From contig JAZLFJ010000003.1 of assembly GCA_045615665.1 (NCBI GenBank), forward strand, positions 7,406-71,405: a stretch of DNA of 64,000 nt. The letters are read 5' to 3'. The first letter of the stretch is position 1; every line of letters begins with the position of its first letter. This document shows positions 9,766 through 19,911 of the stretch, piece by piece. The notes beneath the pieces were generated by a model. It had not been told where the DNA came from. It did no database searches and saw only the letters and a program-made list of their open reading frames with translations. The position numbers were made by a program, and so were the translations under genes. This DNA comes from Bacilli bacterium. Its GTDB lineage: Bacteria; Bacillota_I; Bacilli_A; RFN20; CAG-826.

Positions 9766-10938
9766 ATGGCCAAAACAGCTCATATAAGACTTAAAGATAG
9801 AACTTTAGAGAACGATATTAAGTATCGTGCTCCTCTTTCTTATCGATATTTAAGAATAATTGCTTGGGTTTGTTTAATCATTGCTCAAATTGGAATGGTT
9901 GCAAAACTAAACATCAGAATTATTCCAGGTTCAGAGCAACAAATAGGTTGGGTTAAGGATTTGGGCGATATTTTTGCCACATTTCCATTACCTTTATTCT
10001 TATTAGCCAATTTTGCCGTCATGTATCAAAAACGCGATAGCTGGAAAAAGCTCATCATGTTCTATGGTGGGGTTGCCCTGGGTTTATATATCGTTGGGAA
10101 TTTGGTTATTATCCATTATGGATATGGATTTGTTAATGCTTTTGCTCCTGTTAAATTCATGGATATGGCAAAAGCATTTGGACTCTTGCTATTTAGATTA
10201 GGAAAAACCGGTTTAGTTTTTAATATCTTTATTGATTTATTTTTGTGTGCTTTAGTGTTTTATTTTTTTAACTACAACCCAAAGAAATTTCAAGGAAAGA
10301 AAATTTATATTTTTAGATCTTTCGTTTTAATTCCTATACTCTACGAAGTGGCATCGATCTTAATTAAATATTTCGTAAGTTTAGGACAGATGGATCTTCC
10401 TTTCTTTGCTTTCTTTCTATTAACAAGCAAACCTCCTTTAATGTTTGCAGCCATCGTTGCCTTATTTGTTATCTTAAAAATTGAGGAACTCAGGAAGAAG
10501 AAAAAATATCTTAATAACGATTTTGTAAAAGAACATCGTAAAACAAACGCTCACTCATTAAGATTCTCGATTATTATCGCAATCACCTTCTTTGCTGCTG
10601 GAATTATCGATTTCATTATTTATTTATCTACTTCACTTGCATTAACATCAAAATTCGTTGCTGACATCGAAGATATTGATGTTGCCTCTCACCTCGCGTT
10701 ATATGTCATATCTCATTTAGGCTTCGGAGATGCATCCTCACTGCTACTAGTAGCCCCGCTTACACTTCTATTCTCATATACAAAAGTTCATAAGAATAAA
10801 AAAATCGACCCCATTATACCGGTCATTGGTATTGCTCTTATCTTATTTGTCTACGTTGAAGGTATCTTCCAAATAATAGTCGTTAATGTCGCAAAACTTG
10901 TTCAGATGATAAAAGATTTGTTAGGGAACATTAAGTAA
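9766..10938 (+). CDS. Multi-pass membrane protein, unknown function
   Basis: Start set at MAKTAHIRL (9766). The ORF-track start at 9688 lies inside the upstream terminator. TATAAT (9754-9759) lies 6 nt before the ATG and there is no SD. Confidence 0.6.
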   Translation: MAKTAHIRLKDRTLENDIKYRAPLSYRYLRIIAWVCLIIAQIGMVAKLNIRIIPGSEQQIGWVKDLGDIFATFPLPLFLLANFAVMYQKRDSWKKLIMFYGGVALGLYIVGNLVIIHYGYGFVNAFAPVKFMDMAKAFGLLLFRLGKTGLVFNIFIDLFLCALVFYFFNYNPKKFQGKKIYIFRSFVLIPILYEVASILIKYFVSLGQMDLPFFAFFLLTSKPPLMFAAIVALFVILKIEELRKKKKYLNNDFVKEHRKTNAHSLRFSIIIAITFFAAGIIDFIIYLSTSLALTSKFVADIEDIDVASHLALYVISHLGFGDASSLLLVAPLTLLFSYTKVHKNKKIDPIIPVIGIALILFVYVEGIFQIIVVNVAKLVQMIKDLLGNIK

Positions 10939-10940
10939 AA

Positions 10941-10963
10941 AAATCGGCAGCAAATGTCGATTT
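10941..10963. terminator. Possible bidirectional hairpin between convergent genes
   Basis: AAATCG-N11-CGATTT followed by TTCTTTT. The stem is short. Confidence 0.35.
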
Positions 10964-10967
10964 TCTT

Positions 10968-11567
10968 TTATAAATCCTCAATTTTTAGAGCAGTTAATTC
11001 GATATCAAATTCTTGATTAGTTTCTAAGGTTAACGAAATAGCTATGTTATTAATTTTCAGTGTTTTAGCGCTATAAGTTTTACCGCTATATTCTTTTCGT
11101 CCTTCAAGAGGAAGCGCAGGAATAGCTTTTAGACTACCTTTAAATCCGGTTCCAATACATTTAACTAAGGATTCTTTGCTTGTCCAGACTTTGTAGAAAT
11201 CTTCGTTGCTTTTAATGTATTCATTCTCTATATCATTACAAATTAGGGTTTTAAGTGATTCTCTATATGATCTAATTAACTCTAAATCTAAACCAACTGG
11301 GTATTCACTAAGCGCTATTGCAACAATTCCTTTTGAATGGGAAACATTGAAGTATTTATCTTTTGAAATTGGTTTACCATATTCGTTCAAAGAATAGTCT
11401 CGAACAAACTTATGTTTTAATAAAAATGAAACTGCTTTTTCAATTTTACTAGTTTCAATTTTAAGTCTATCGATGACGGTTTTTTCTTCACTAGAAAAGC
11501 TAAAAACATCTAAATCTTTGAATTTAAGATTTCTTGCGTCCACTAAAAAGAGATTAACTTTTTTCAT
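10968..11567 (-). CDS. Sfp-type 4'-phosphopantetheinyl transferase
   Basis: FNVSHS, GLDLE and WTSKESLVKCIG motifs typical of the PPTase superfamily. 199 aa. Confidence 0.8.
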   Translation of the reverse strand: MKKVNLFLVDARNLKFKDLDVFSFSSEEKTVIDRLKIETSKIEKAVSFLLKHKFVRDYSLNEYGKPISKDKYFNVSHSKGIVAIALSEYPVGLDLELIRSYRESLKTLICNDIENEYIKSNEDFYKVWTSKESLVKCIGTGFKGSLKAIPALPLEGRKEYSGKTYSAKTLKINNIAISLTLETNQEFDIELTALKIEDL

Positions 11568-12918
11568 CCTTATCCTTTTTAGGCTTCTTAATATTAACGA
11601 TTAAGTTAATGACGACACCTAAGAATAATGCACAGGCAACTGGCGAAATGACTACATTACGAAACTGCAAGGTTAATCCACCGATGCCACCAACTAGAAT
11701 TACGGAAATAACAAAGATGTTTTTACTCTTTGAAAAATCAGTGCCCTTAAGCATTTGTAGTCCGCTTGCAGCGATAAAGCCGAACAAAGCAAAAGAGATG
11801 CCTCCAATAACACATGGAGGAATGCTCTCAAAGAAGCACATTAGTGGGCCAATAAAGGATAGAACAACCGCCATGATTGAAGCCAATAACAAAGTCCATA
11901 TCGAAGCATTATGACTAAAAGCGACACAAGAGATAGATTCACCATAGGTGGTATTTGGACATCCACCAAGAAATGCACCTGTAATAGAACCTAATCCATC
12001 GCCTAATAAAGTTCGATGTAAGCCAGGATCTTCAATGAGATTTTGTCCGGTGATAAAAGAAAGGTTTTTATGATCAGCTATGTGTTCAGCAAAGGAAACG
12101 AATGCGACAGGTAGATAAGCAGATACAACTAGACCAAAATAAGAGAAAAATTCACCTGCACTGCTAAAGTCCTTAAATCCATCGATAGCCTTAACGAACG
12201 ATAACTCAGGAAGCCATTCGATATCTCTAAAGATGTTAAAATCAATTATTTTTAAAGCATCAATGTCATTCATATAACCAAATATTGAAAAAATCAAAGC
12301 TAGGAAATAACCAGAAAGAATACCAAAAATGAACGGAATCAACTTAATCAAATTCTTTCCGTAAACGGAAACAACAACACTGGTGAATAAAGCCACTAAG
12401 CCACAAATTAAACAAACATATTGATTAGCAATACTTTTTCCGTCAACCGTTGCGCCACCTAAAAAGAGATTTGAAACTGCGTTAGGAGCGAGTGCTAGAC
12501 CAATAACCATTACGACAGGTCCAATAATAATTGCAGGCATGATTTTATCAATCCATTTTGTTCCTGCAAATTTAATAATGATTGAAAGAATAACGTAAAC
12601 TAAACCAGCAATAGTTGCTCCAAGGATTAAACCAACATAACCCATAGCCACTGTTGCAGCACCTGCAAAAGCAGCGCTTAAACTTCCAATGTATGAAAAT
12701 GAAGAGCCTAAAAAGGCTGGAGAGCGAAATCTCGTAATTATGAAATAGACAATAGAACCCACTCCAGCGCCTAATAATGCAGCGGAATGAGACATTCCAT
12801 GTCCCACTATCATCGGCATTGTAATCGTGCTAGCAAGGACGGCTAAAAACTGCTGTAAAGCAGCTAATATCATCTTGGCAAATGGGGGTTTGTCTTTGAT
12901 CTTATAAATCAATTCCAT
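11554..12918 (-). CDS. NCS2-family nucleobase (uracil/xanthine-type) permease
   Basis: 454 aa, about 12-14 TM helices, overall NCS2/SLC23-like pattern. TATAAT (12926-12931, minus) lies 7 nt before the ATG and there is no SD. Confidence 0.8.
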   Translation of the reverse strand: MELIYKIKDKPPFAKMILAALQQFLAVLASTITMPMIVGHGMSHSAALLGAGVGSIVYFIITRFRSPAFLGSSFSYIGSLSAAFAGAATVAMGYVGLILGATIAGLVYVILSIIIKFAGTKWIDKIMPAIIIGPVVMVIGLALAPNAVSNLFLGGATVDGKSIANQYVCLICGLVALFTSVVVSVYGKNLIKLIPFIFGILSGYFLALIFSIFGYMNDIDALKIIDFNIFRDIEWLPELSFVKAIDGFKDFSSAGEFFSYFGLVVSAYLPVAFVSFAEHIADHKNLSFITGQNLIEDPGLHRTLLGDGLGSITGAFLGGCPNTTYGESISCVAFSHNASIWTLLLASIMAVVLSFIGPLMCFFESIPPCVIGGISFALFGFIAASGLQMLKGTDFSKSKNIFVISVILVGGIGGLTLQFRNVVISPVACALFLGVVINLIVNIKKPKKDKDEKS

Positions 12919-13035
12919 AACGTAAATTATAATTTAAACGAAAAATAAACAAATATCTTTTGTCAAAAAGATGAAGATATATAATATTTTCGTTAACTTG
13001 GAGGTATTAAACTTCAAATTATTCTAACAAAACAA

Positions 13036-13058
13036 AACGCTTCCAAATCGGAGGCGTT
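13036..13058 (-). terminator. Rho-independent terminator of gltS (bidirectional-looking)
   Basis: AACGCTTCC-AAATC-GGAGGCGTT, 9-bp stem with one G.U pair. T-runs on both strands. Confidence 0.75.
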
Positions 13059-13078
13059 TTTGTTTATTTAATAATCCC

Positions 13079-14467
13079 TTATTCCAAAGCTTTCTTTTGA
13101 CGCAGTTTGATGAGAAGTATCGCTACGACAGTGTAAGCGACAAGTAAACCACCGAAGATACCCAACGCAATTAAACATCCTTTATATGATTCCGCACTGA
13201 AATTAAGTAACAGTAAAAGCGGAGCGACTGCTACCATAGCAGGGAACTGAGAAATGATAAAGATATTATTGGTAGGAGTTTCATAATTTGGATCAATTTC
13301 TCTTAGAAGAATCATTCCATTAGAAGCTGTGCCTGTTAATGTTCCAAAATTAACTAGGAAAGATTCGTGCCTAAAGTCTTTAAAACAAAGTGAAGTCATA
13401 ATCTTAACATAGATGACTGTGATAACTGTGCCGACCGCACAAAGTGCGACGATGAGCCAGACATAATCTTTAAGCACTTCGATATCGATTGCAACAACAC
13501 CTGCAATAATCATTAAATCGAAGGCAAGTCCGCTGATGCGGTCCATTTGATAGTTATTTACATAACGTTTCTTAATAACTTTCTTCTTTTCCAAGAATTT
13601 GATGAAAAGTTTAAGAAGTGTGGCGACAACGACACCCCAAATGAAGTTAAAGCCCCAGGCCACATCATTGAACAATTTAACATTTGTCCAATCGGTCAAT
13701 TTTGCAAAGAAGAACATGATGAGGAAAGATAAACCATAAGCCAAAGCAACAAAGGCAATTTGAATGGTTAATTTATCGACCGATTCACTATCTTCAATTT
13801 CATTAACGGTTTCGAAATCTTCAACTTTTCTAAAAAGATTAAATTGTCTTTCCGCAATTTGCCCTTCGTATTTATAAATACTGATATAAACAACTCCAAC
13901 GATCGAAGCGACAATAAATCCAACCGAGGCAATCGTTAAACCTAAAGAACCATTTGTATTTAACCCATAGTCAGCGAATTTAATATCCCATGTCAAAGCG
14001 TTGCCTGGTCCTTGACCAAATCCTAATGGAAGTAGGACGCCAGTATCATAAAATAAAATTGAACCTGCCCAGTAGAAAATTAAACCCACTAAAATGCCAA
14101 GCATAGCTTGTAACATATATGTTCCACCGGTAATTAAGCCATTTTGGATAGAATAAACGCCTAAGCCTTTTTGCTTTTTATCGTTGATTTTAAACGACAT
14201 AGCGATAAAGCCAATCGCTAAAGCGTGATAAGTTATAATTTGCATTAACCTACGGTCTAAAAGTTCATAATTGAAAACTTTATTTGAAAATAAATTAACT
14301 AAAAATAAAATCAATCCGCCTATAAGTGCACTTGGAATAAATACTTTTCTTAAGAAAGGTACTGTTCGTCTTATTGCATTACCAACAAGAAGCGCGATTA
14401 AAAGTAAACCGATGTTAAGGATTACTTTCCAAACGCTATCAAATTGGGATAAATCGAACGCCCACAT
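13079..14467 (-). CDS. gltS: Sodium/glutamate symporter (GltS/ESS family)
   Basis: 462 aa polytopic protein with a GltS-like N-terminus (VILNIGLLLIALLVGNAIRRTVPFLRKVFIPSALIGG). ATG lies 1 nt after the upstream stop. Confidence 0.75.
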   Translation of the reverse strand: MWAFDLSQFDSVWKVILNIGLLLIALLVGNAIRRTVPFLRKVFIPSALIGGLILFLVNLFSNKVFNYELLDRRLMQIITYHALAIGFIAMSFKINDKKQKGLGVYSIQNGLITGGTYMLQAMLGILVGLIFYWAGSILFYDTGVLLPLGFGQGPGNALTWDIKFADYGLNTNGSLGLTIASVGFIVASIVGVVYISIYKYEGQIAERQFNLFRKVEDFETVNEIEDSESVDKLTIQIAFVALAYGLSFLIMFFFAKLTDWTNVKLFNDVAWGFNFIWGVVVATLLKLFIKFLEKKKVIKKRYVNNYQMDRISGLAFDLMIIAGVVAIDIEVLKDYVWLIVALCAVGTVITVIYVKIMTSLCFKDFRHESFLVNFGTLTGTASNGMILLREIDPNYETPTNNIFIISQFPAMVAVAPLLLLLNFSAESYKGCLIALGIFGGLLVAYTVVAILLIKLRQKKALE

Positions 14468-14468
14468 A

Positions 14469-15704
14469 TTAGTTTTCCTCCAAATTGTAATATTGATCAG
14501 ATTTATTTTTTGCCATAAGAGTATCTAACTTATTAAACATAAAAATATACTTTAAAGCATTGAAGCGCTTGTGACCTCTTAAAGTATATTCATTTCCGTC
14601 ATATATGAAGATTAAATTTCTTCCAGAGACAATAGAAGCGGATTCAATTTTACTTAAATCAAAAGAATTTTTACCATATTTTAGTTTTTTATCAGTTAAC
14701 AAAATTTCACCTTTAAATAAGTTAACTTTTTTCTCATAAGGGTTAGTCTTTCTAACCTTGACATTTTTATCAGAAAAAATAACTTTATTTTTGTAAATTA
14801 ACATGTCTTTTATATAACGTTTTTGATAATTCCAATACTCAATCATCTTGCTAAATTTGAAATCCGGATTATCGGATTTTAATAGCAAATCCTCACTATA
14901 TTCGACTTTTAATCCACAATTTGAACAATGTAGATAAGCGCCTTTTGAATAGAGGGTTTCAACCTTTCCACAAACAGGGCAAACAAAGAAAACACGTTCG
15001 AGATATTCACCTCGTTTATTCGATTTATAGAGTTTGTGTGATTCAGAATCGAAAACCTTCAAATTATCTTTAATTGTCGAAAATAAAAGAGAGTCATCCA
15101 TTTTGCTATATTCTTCATACTTGAGGATTTTTTTGATTTCACCAGTAAATGGGCCTTTACGACGTTTGTGTTTAAATCTTGGCGCTTTTCCGGTTCCGCC
15201 TTTTAAATTAAATAAGACAATTGTTGCCTTCGAATTTTTCAAGAATTTAACGATGGAGTTAGAAATATAAAATTGGAATTCTGCATATGAACGATTCCCT
15301 TCTAAAAATAAAAGAAGCGAACCTTTGTTAGCGAGGACTTTTTGCATCGACATAACTGCATTTAAATCCATCGAGCCTTTCTTTTTAGATATAACTCCCA
15401 GTCGATTAAATAATCTGCCCCTAAATTTCCCTGCAAAAATGTTATCTGTTGCGATTGGGAAAATAGGACGAGTGAAACAAGTGAATAAGCAAAACGGGTC
15501 AACATCGGTTTGATGATTAGATAAAACGATGATTGGCTCATCCTTTGTCATATGGTATTTAGCTTTGGAACGGTAACCATAGACGATTCGCGTATAAAGA
15601 AACGAAAAAATCTTTACGACGAAGTAAATGAATGTATGTTTTCGATATACGTAGCGTACTTTTTTCACTAAAATTTGTAACCTGCCAAGATGAACATTAA
15701 ACAA
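14469..15704 (-). CDS. PlsC-family acyltransferase with C-terminal zinc-ribbon region
   Basis: H(x)4D motif SNHQTDVDP and CPVCG...CSNCG. Start uncertain: TTG at 15704 (ORF track) or GTG at 15668, which overlaps the gmhA stop by 1 nt. Confidence 0.7.
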   Translation of the reverse strand: MFNVHLGRLQILVKKVRYVYRKHTFIYFVVKIFSFLYTRIVYGYRSKAKYHMTKDEPIIVLSNHQTDVDPFCLFTCFTRPIFPIATDNIFAGKFRGRLFNRLGVISKKKGSMDLNAVMSMQKVLANKGSLLLFLEGNRSYAEFQFYISNSIVKFLKNSKATIVLFNLKGGTGKAPRFKHKRRKGPFTGEIKKILKYEEYSKMDDSLLFSTIKDNLKVFDSESHKLYKSNKRGEYLERVFFVCPVCGKVETLYSKGAYLHCSNCGLKVEYSEDLLLKSDNPDFKFSKMIEYWNYQKRYIKDMLIYKNKVIFSDKNVKVRKTNPYEKKVNLFKGEILLTDKKLKYGKNSFDLSKIESASIVSGRNLIFIYDGNEYTLRGHKRFNALKYIFMFNKLDTLMAKNKSDQYYNLEEN

Positions 15705-16234
15705 TGATCAACAATCATGTGCGCATCTTCAACTATTTGCATATTGTCGATATTTACGTGAACGCAAACATCCGACATTTCTTTAACTTTTCCACCATTA
15801 TAGCCGCATAACCCTAATATTTTGTTGCCTTTTTCTTTTGCAACTTCCATAGCCTTAACGATATTTTTAGAATTGCCTGAACCAGAAATTACGAATAGAA
15901 CATCATCTTTTTTCATTCTCGATTTGAGTTGATAAGAGAAGATTTCATCATAAGAGATATCGTTAGCAATCGCGGTGATGGTCGCGATGTTATCGCTTAA
16001 GCAAACAAAGTTCGTATTCTTATCTGAACAGCCCGAAACACCTTTATTAAAGTCGCAGCAATAATGCGATGCTGTAGCGGCGCTTCCACCATTGCCGCAT
16101 ATATAAACTGTCGCTCCGTTTTCACGAGCTTTTTCGATTTCTTCCATTAAGGAATTAAGATCATCAACGCTGATAGCTTTAAGCACTTTGATTTCTTCAT
16201 CTAAATAACGTCTAATGTTTTCTTTTTGGTTCAT
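15668..16234 (-). CDS. gmhA: Sedoheptulose-7-phosphate (phosphoheptose) isomerase
   Basis: SIS domain with VYICGNGGSAATASH and VISGSGNS. Start moved to ATG at 16234 (MNQKENI), which has GGAG upstream. The ORF-track start at 16249 is a TTG inside the upstream gene. Confidence 0.85.
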   Translation of the reverse strand: MNQKENIRRYLDEEIKVLKAISVDDLNSLMEEIEKARENGATVYICGNGGSAATASHYCCDFNKGVSGCSDKNTNFVCLSDNIATITAIANDISYDEIFSYQLKSRMKKDDVLFVISGSGNSKNIVKAMEVAKEKGNKILGLCGYNGGKVKEMSDVCVHVNIDNMQIVEDAHMIVDHCLMFILAGYKF

Positions 16235-16238
16235 AATT

Positions 16239-17531
16239 TTATTCTCCAATAATTTTATCTATTTCACTCAAATCTCTAATTTGGTGGTCGGGTGCTACAT
16301 TATATTTACCATCTAAACCTTTTTCTCCAGTTTGAACAAGGATGGTTTTACATTTAGCGTTTATCCCAGTTTGAATATCCATCGTTGTATCGCCTAAAAC
16401 ATAAGATTTTGATATGTCGATATTATATTTTTCAGCAGCTTTTAAAATTAGCTCGATACCAGGCTTACGACACTTGCATTTAAATTTAAGTTCTTTAATT
16501 TCGCCTTCGAATCCGCTATCAGGATGATGTGGGCAAAAATACAAATCATCATAGAAAGAGCCTTCTTTGCCTAAAAGGGTTTCAATCTTTTTATGGATTT
16601 CATCTAACTCGGCAAAGGTTACTTCACCTCTAGCGATAACAGGCTGATTGGTAATCACGATAGAGATGTATTCGCTACGATTAATTTTCTTTAAGCCTTC
16701 TGCGGCCTTATTTTCAAGTTCAATCTTATTAATATCCCTTGCAAAACCTATGAATTTATTGATTGTGCCATCACGATCAAGGAAGATTGCTTTTTGTTTT
16801 CTAGATAAGTTTTTAGCCTTCACAATTCCTTTTTTAATATCTTCACCAATCGAATAATATCGATCAGGTGTTCCAGCGTCTTTTACGTATTCAGTTGAAT
16901 GATATGAATATACACTTCCATTTGGAATTTCTAATTTAACAACATCTTTTTCAAAGTCGACTTTATTTAACTCTTGGAAATATTTATTAAAAATACGATT
17001 TGAAACAACATAGACTCCAGAATTAACAAGATTATGATAGAAATGATTTCTCACATTGTGTTTAGAATCAATTGAAGTAACTAAATCATTTTCGTTTGAA
17101 ACGATGAGGTCACTATCAAATGGGTGAGCATTTGGGTGAGATAACAAAGTGATTAGACCTCCATGAGTTTTATGAAAATCAATCATTCGTTTGAAATAGA
17201 CATCAAAAATTAAATCTCCAAAGACGAAGACAAAATCATCTTTGATGACATCTTTTAAAAAGAAAAGTCCTCCTCCACTACCGAGGGGTTCTTTTTCTTC
17301 AATATAGTGAATATTAACACCAAAAGAGGAACCATCTTTGAAATAATCTTTAATTACGTTGCCTAAATAGCCAATCAAAAGATAGATATCTTTGATACCA
17401 TTTTCTTTTAGACAATCAATTTGATGTTCCAAGATCGGTTTTGAAGCAATCTTTGCCATTGGCTTAGGAATATCGATAGTAACCTCAGAGAGTCTAGTTC
17501 CTTTTCCTCCAGCGCTAATAACTGCAATCAT
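16239..17531 (-). CDS. Fusion protein: heptose-1-phosphate nucleotidyltransferase (HddC-like) plus D,D-heptose bisphosphate phosphatase (GmhB-like)
   Basis: N-terminus GGKGTRL NTP-transferase motif. C-terminus HAD motif FLDRDGTINK and a GmhB-type Zn loop CPHHP...CKCRKP. Confidence 0.8.
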   Translation of the reverse strand: MIAVISAGGKGTRLSEVTIDIPKPMAKIASKPILEHQIDCLKENGIKDIYLLIGYLGNVIKDYFKDGSSFGVNIHYIEEKEPLGSGGGLFFLKDVIKDDFVFVFGDLIFDVYFKRMIDFHKTHGGLITLLSHPNAHPFDSDLIVSNENDLVTSIDSKHNVRNHFYHNLVNSGVYVVSNRIFNKYFQELNKVDFEKDVVKLEIPNGSVYSYHSTEYVKDAGTPDRYYSIGEDIKKGIVKAKNLSRKQKAIFLDRDGTINKFIGFARDINKIELENKAAEGLKKINRSEYISIVITNQPVIARGEVTFAELDEIHKKIETLLGKEGSFYDDLYFCPHHPDSGFEGEIKELKFKCKCRKPGIELILKAAEKYNIDISKSYVLGDTTMDIQTGINAKCKTILVQTGEKGLDGKYNVAPDHQIRDLSEIDKIIGE

Positions 17532-17532
17532 T

Positions 17533-18513
17533 TTATTTCATCCCAAATATAACTGTGGCGCCTTCGTAATCAATTTTGAATTCGACTTCATGATAATCTT
17601 TCAAGGCTTCACGTACTTTTCCTTGATATTCTGGCTTAACATAAAAGAGCATAAAACCACCACCACCAGCGCCTAAAAGCTTTCCACCACTTGCGCCAGC
17701 ATCGCTAGCTAATTTATACATCTTATCAATAGTTTCGTTAGCGATTTGCTTAGAAAATGACTTTTTGATCTCCCAACTTTTTCTTAAAACTTCGCCTAAA
17801 TAATCGACATCTCCTTCTTCAAGATGTTTTCTAAGTTCAACCGCCATTTCGCATAATTTCTTTTGAAGTTCAATGCGTTTTGGATCTATTTTCAAATCTT
17901 TGGTTTGTTCACCAAGAATCTTGTTTGCATCATGAGTTAAACCGGTATAGAAAAGCATGACATTATTTTGAAGTCTTGCCTCTCCATCACCTGGAATCAG
18001 AATTGGTTCAATCGTAACTCTTCCATCCTTTTTGAAGGAAATAAAATTCAATCCACCAAAAGCAGAGGCGAATTGATCTTGTTTACCTATTGGAGAATGA
18101 GCCTTATCAATTTCCACTTCACAAGCTTCACATGCCAGCGCGTATTTAGAATACGACATATGCTTATACGCTTTTAAAGCTTGCAAGGTCGCGACCGTAA
18201 AAGCAGACGAACTTCCTAAACCGGTTCCTGCAGGAATATCTGCCATAGAAGCGATTTCGATACCTTTAACATCGTAATCTTTAAGCATTATTCTGAAATA
18301 TTTGTGCTGGATTTCATCATAATGATTAACTTCTTCGGTTTGCGAATATTTAAGGGTAATAGTTTGTTTATAAAAGGATGGGTGAAGAGCGATATAAACG
18401 TATTTTCTTAACGAGCATGAAAGGACGCAGCCACCATATTCTTTATAGAAGGCTGGAATATCGCTTCCTCCTCCGCAAAAACTTACTCTAAGAGGTGCTC
18501 TAGCTATTATCAT
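17533..18513 (-). CDS. GHMP-family sugar kinase, HddA-like (D-glycero-D-manno-heptose 7-phosphate kinase)
   Basis: RAPLRVSFCGGGSD N-terminus and GHMP motif PAGTGLGSSSA. Adjacent to gmhA and hddC-gmhB, with 1-nt spacing. Confidence 0.75.
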   Translation of the reverse strand: MIIARAPLRVSFCGGGSDIPAFYKEYGGCVLSCSLRKYVYIALHPSFYKQTITLKYSQTEEVNHYDEIQHKYFRIMLKDYDVKGIEIASMADIPAGTGLGSSSAFTVATLQALKAYKHMSYSKYALACEACEVEIDKAHSPIGKQDQFASAFGGLNFISFKKDGRVTIEPILIPGDGEARLQNNVMLFYTGLTHDANKILGEQTKDLKIDPKRIELQKKLCEMAVELRKHLEEGDVDYLGEVLRKSWEIKKSFSKQIANETIDKMYKLASDAGASGGKLLGAGGGGFMLFYVKPEYQGKVREALKDYHEVEFKIDYEGATVIFGMK

Positions 18514-18600
18514 ATTAGAAAGTCTCCATTATTATTCGAAAGGTTTTATAGATAATAAGATATCTAAAAAAACCTAATTTTTCAATAAATAGGGGTATTC

Positions 18601-19905
18601 TTATTTGAGCTTAGAAATTAAATAATTATAACGATTAAGCAAATATCGTTTGATTCTATCAATGTTATCTACTTTAACTGGTACACGGCTAATACACATC
18701 TCGATGATGTTTTCGTTTATGATGGGGATATCAAGTTCCTTATACATCTTCATCATCTCTTCATTCTTAAATATCTCTTTAATGAAATGTTTCATAAATC
18801 CATCATTAGATGGATCTAAGACTAGATCTGTGGTTCTTGAAATGAGGGCTAAATTGTTATCGAAATTAGGAGCAAGAGAGACAATCTTTCCTGTTCTTTC
18901 CTCTCTAAGAAAACCAATGTTTTCGTTATGACGGTCAACATTATTTACAAGAACATCACAGAAGATCAAACGAAGATAGGCTTTCGCATAGTAATCTCCA
19001 AGTTCTTTAAGCTTAGAAAAAACAAAGGAATATGATGAATCATCTCCGAGATATGATTGAAGCGATTCGTAATCCTGATGCTCTGCAAAATTAAGGGTAC
19101 GAATATATGGCTCATCATATTCATAGGTTGCAGATGGAATAAGAAGCATCATCGATATTTCATAAGCGAGTAATTCAGAGAATATTTCGTTAGTGTTTCC
19201 GACTTTATAAAGCCACCATTCATTATTAATATATTTCCAGCCTTTTTCAAAACTACCAATCGTAGTTAATTCTGGAGATGCTTTTGGCTTATTTGGATAG
19301 ATAAGCATACTTCCTTCAAGAGATATTTCTGAATAGATGTCGTTTTCAAAGATAACATCTTTATATTTAAGTTTTGATTGTTTAGGTTTGAACCAATAGC
19401 GATCAGATATAGACGCCGCATGAGCGTATAAAGGAATCATCTCTTCTTTGCTTTCATTGATATTAAAAGCTTTCTTTAATAAGCGGGAATTAACCCTGGT
19501 GGTATCAATAACTCTACTTAGTAACCAAGTAGATAAAGAATGGGTTCTTTTAATTAAGAAAGGGGAGCGATTTTCATCGATATAAACAAGCTCGCCATTT
19601 ATAAATCTAGCGACCTCTTCATCTTTGTGCATTACTGAACCAGTTAAGTGTCTTGCGTTCTCTGAAAGAGATATCGTTTGTTGTTTATTAGGATTAGAGT
19701 CTCTTAATATTTTTTCAATTGATTGTCTTCTAATAATGTTTTTAGTGAGTTCATCAACCTCAGATTTGTCCACTAATTTGGTAACCATTTTTCCATTTTC
19801 TGAATATTGATGATAAAAATATTCTTTACCGCTTATGGTCTTCTTATAAACATTGCCTTTTGGTAAAGATTCAAGCTCAAGAATTAAGGAACTTAAATGT
19901 CTCAT
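18601..19905 (-). CDS. Divergent HipA-like Ser/Thr kinase (orphan, no adjacent HTH partner)
   Basis: C-terminal catalytic-type motifs VNNVDRHNENIGFL and SLAPNFDNN (compare HipA DDHxKN / APAYD). Start set at MRHLSS (19905), which a strong promoter supports. The ORF-track TTG is at 19998. Confidence 0.6.
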   Translation of the reverse strand: MRHLSSLILELESLPKGNVYKKTISGKEYFYHQYSENGKMVTKLVDKSEVDELTKNIIRRQSIEKILRDSNPNKQQTISLSENARHLTGSVMHKDEEVARFINGELVYIDENRSPFLIKRTHSLSTWLLSRVIDTTRVNSRLLKKAFNINESKEEMIPLYAHAASISDRYWFKPKQSKLKYKDVIFENDIYSEISLEGSMLIYPNKPKASPELTTIGSFEKGWKYINNEWWLYKVGNTNEIFSELLAYEISMMLLIPSATYEYDEPYIRTLNFAEHQDYESLQSYLGDDSSYSFVFSKLKELGDYYAKAYLRLIFCDVLVNNVDRHNENIGFLREERTGKIVSLAPNFDNNLALISRTTDLVLDPSNDGFMKHFIKEIFKNEEMMKMYKELDIPIINENIIEMCISRVPVKVDNIDRIKRYLLNRYNYLISKLK

Positions 19906-19911
19906 GGAGCC

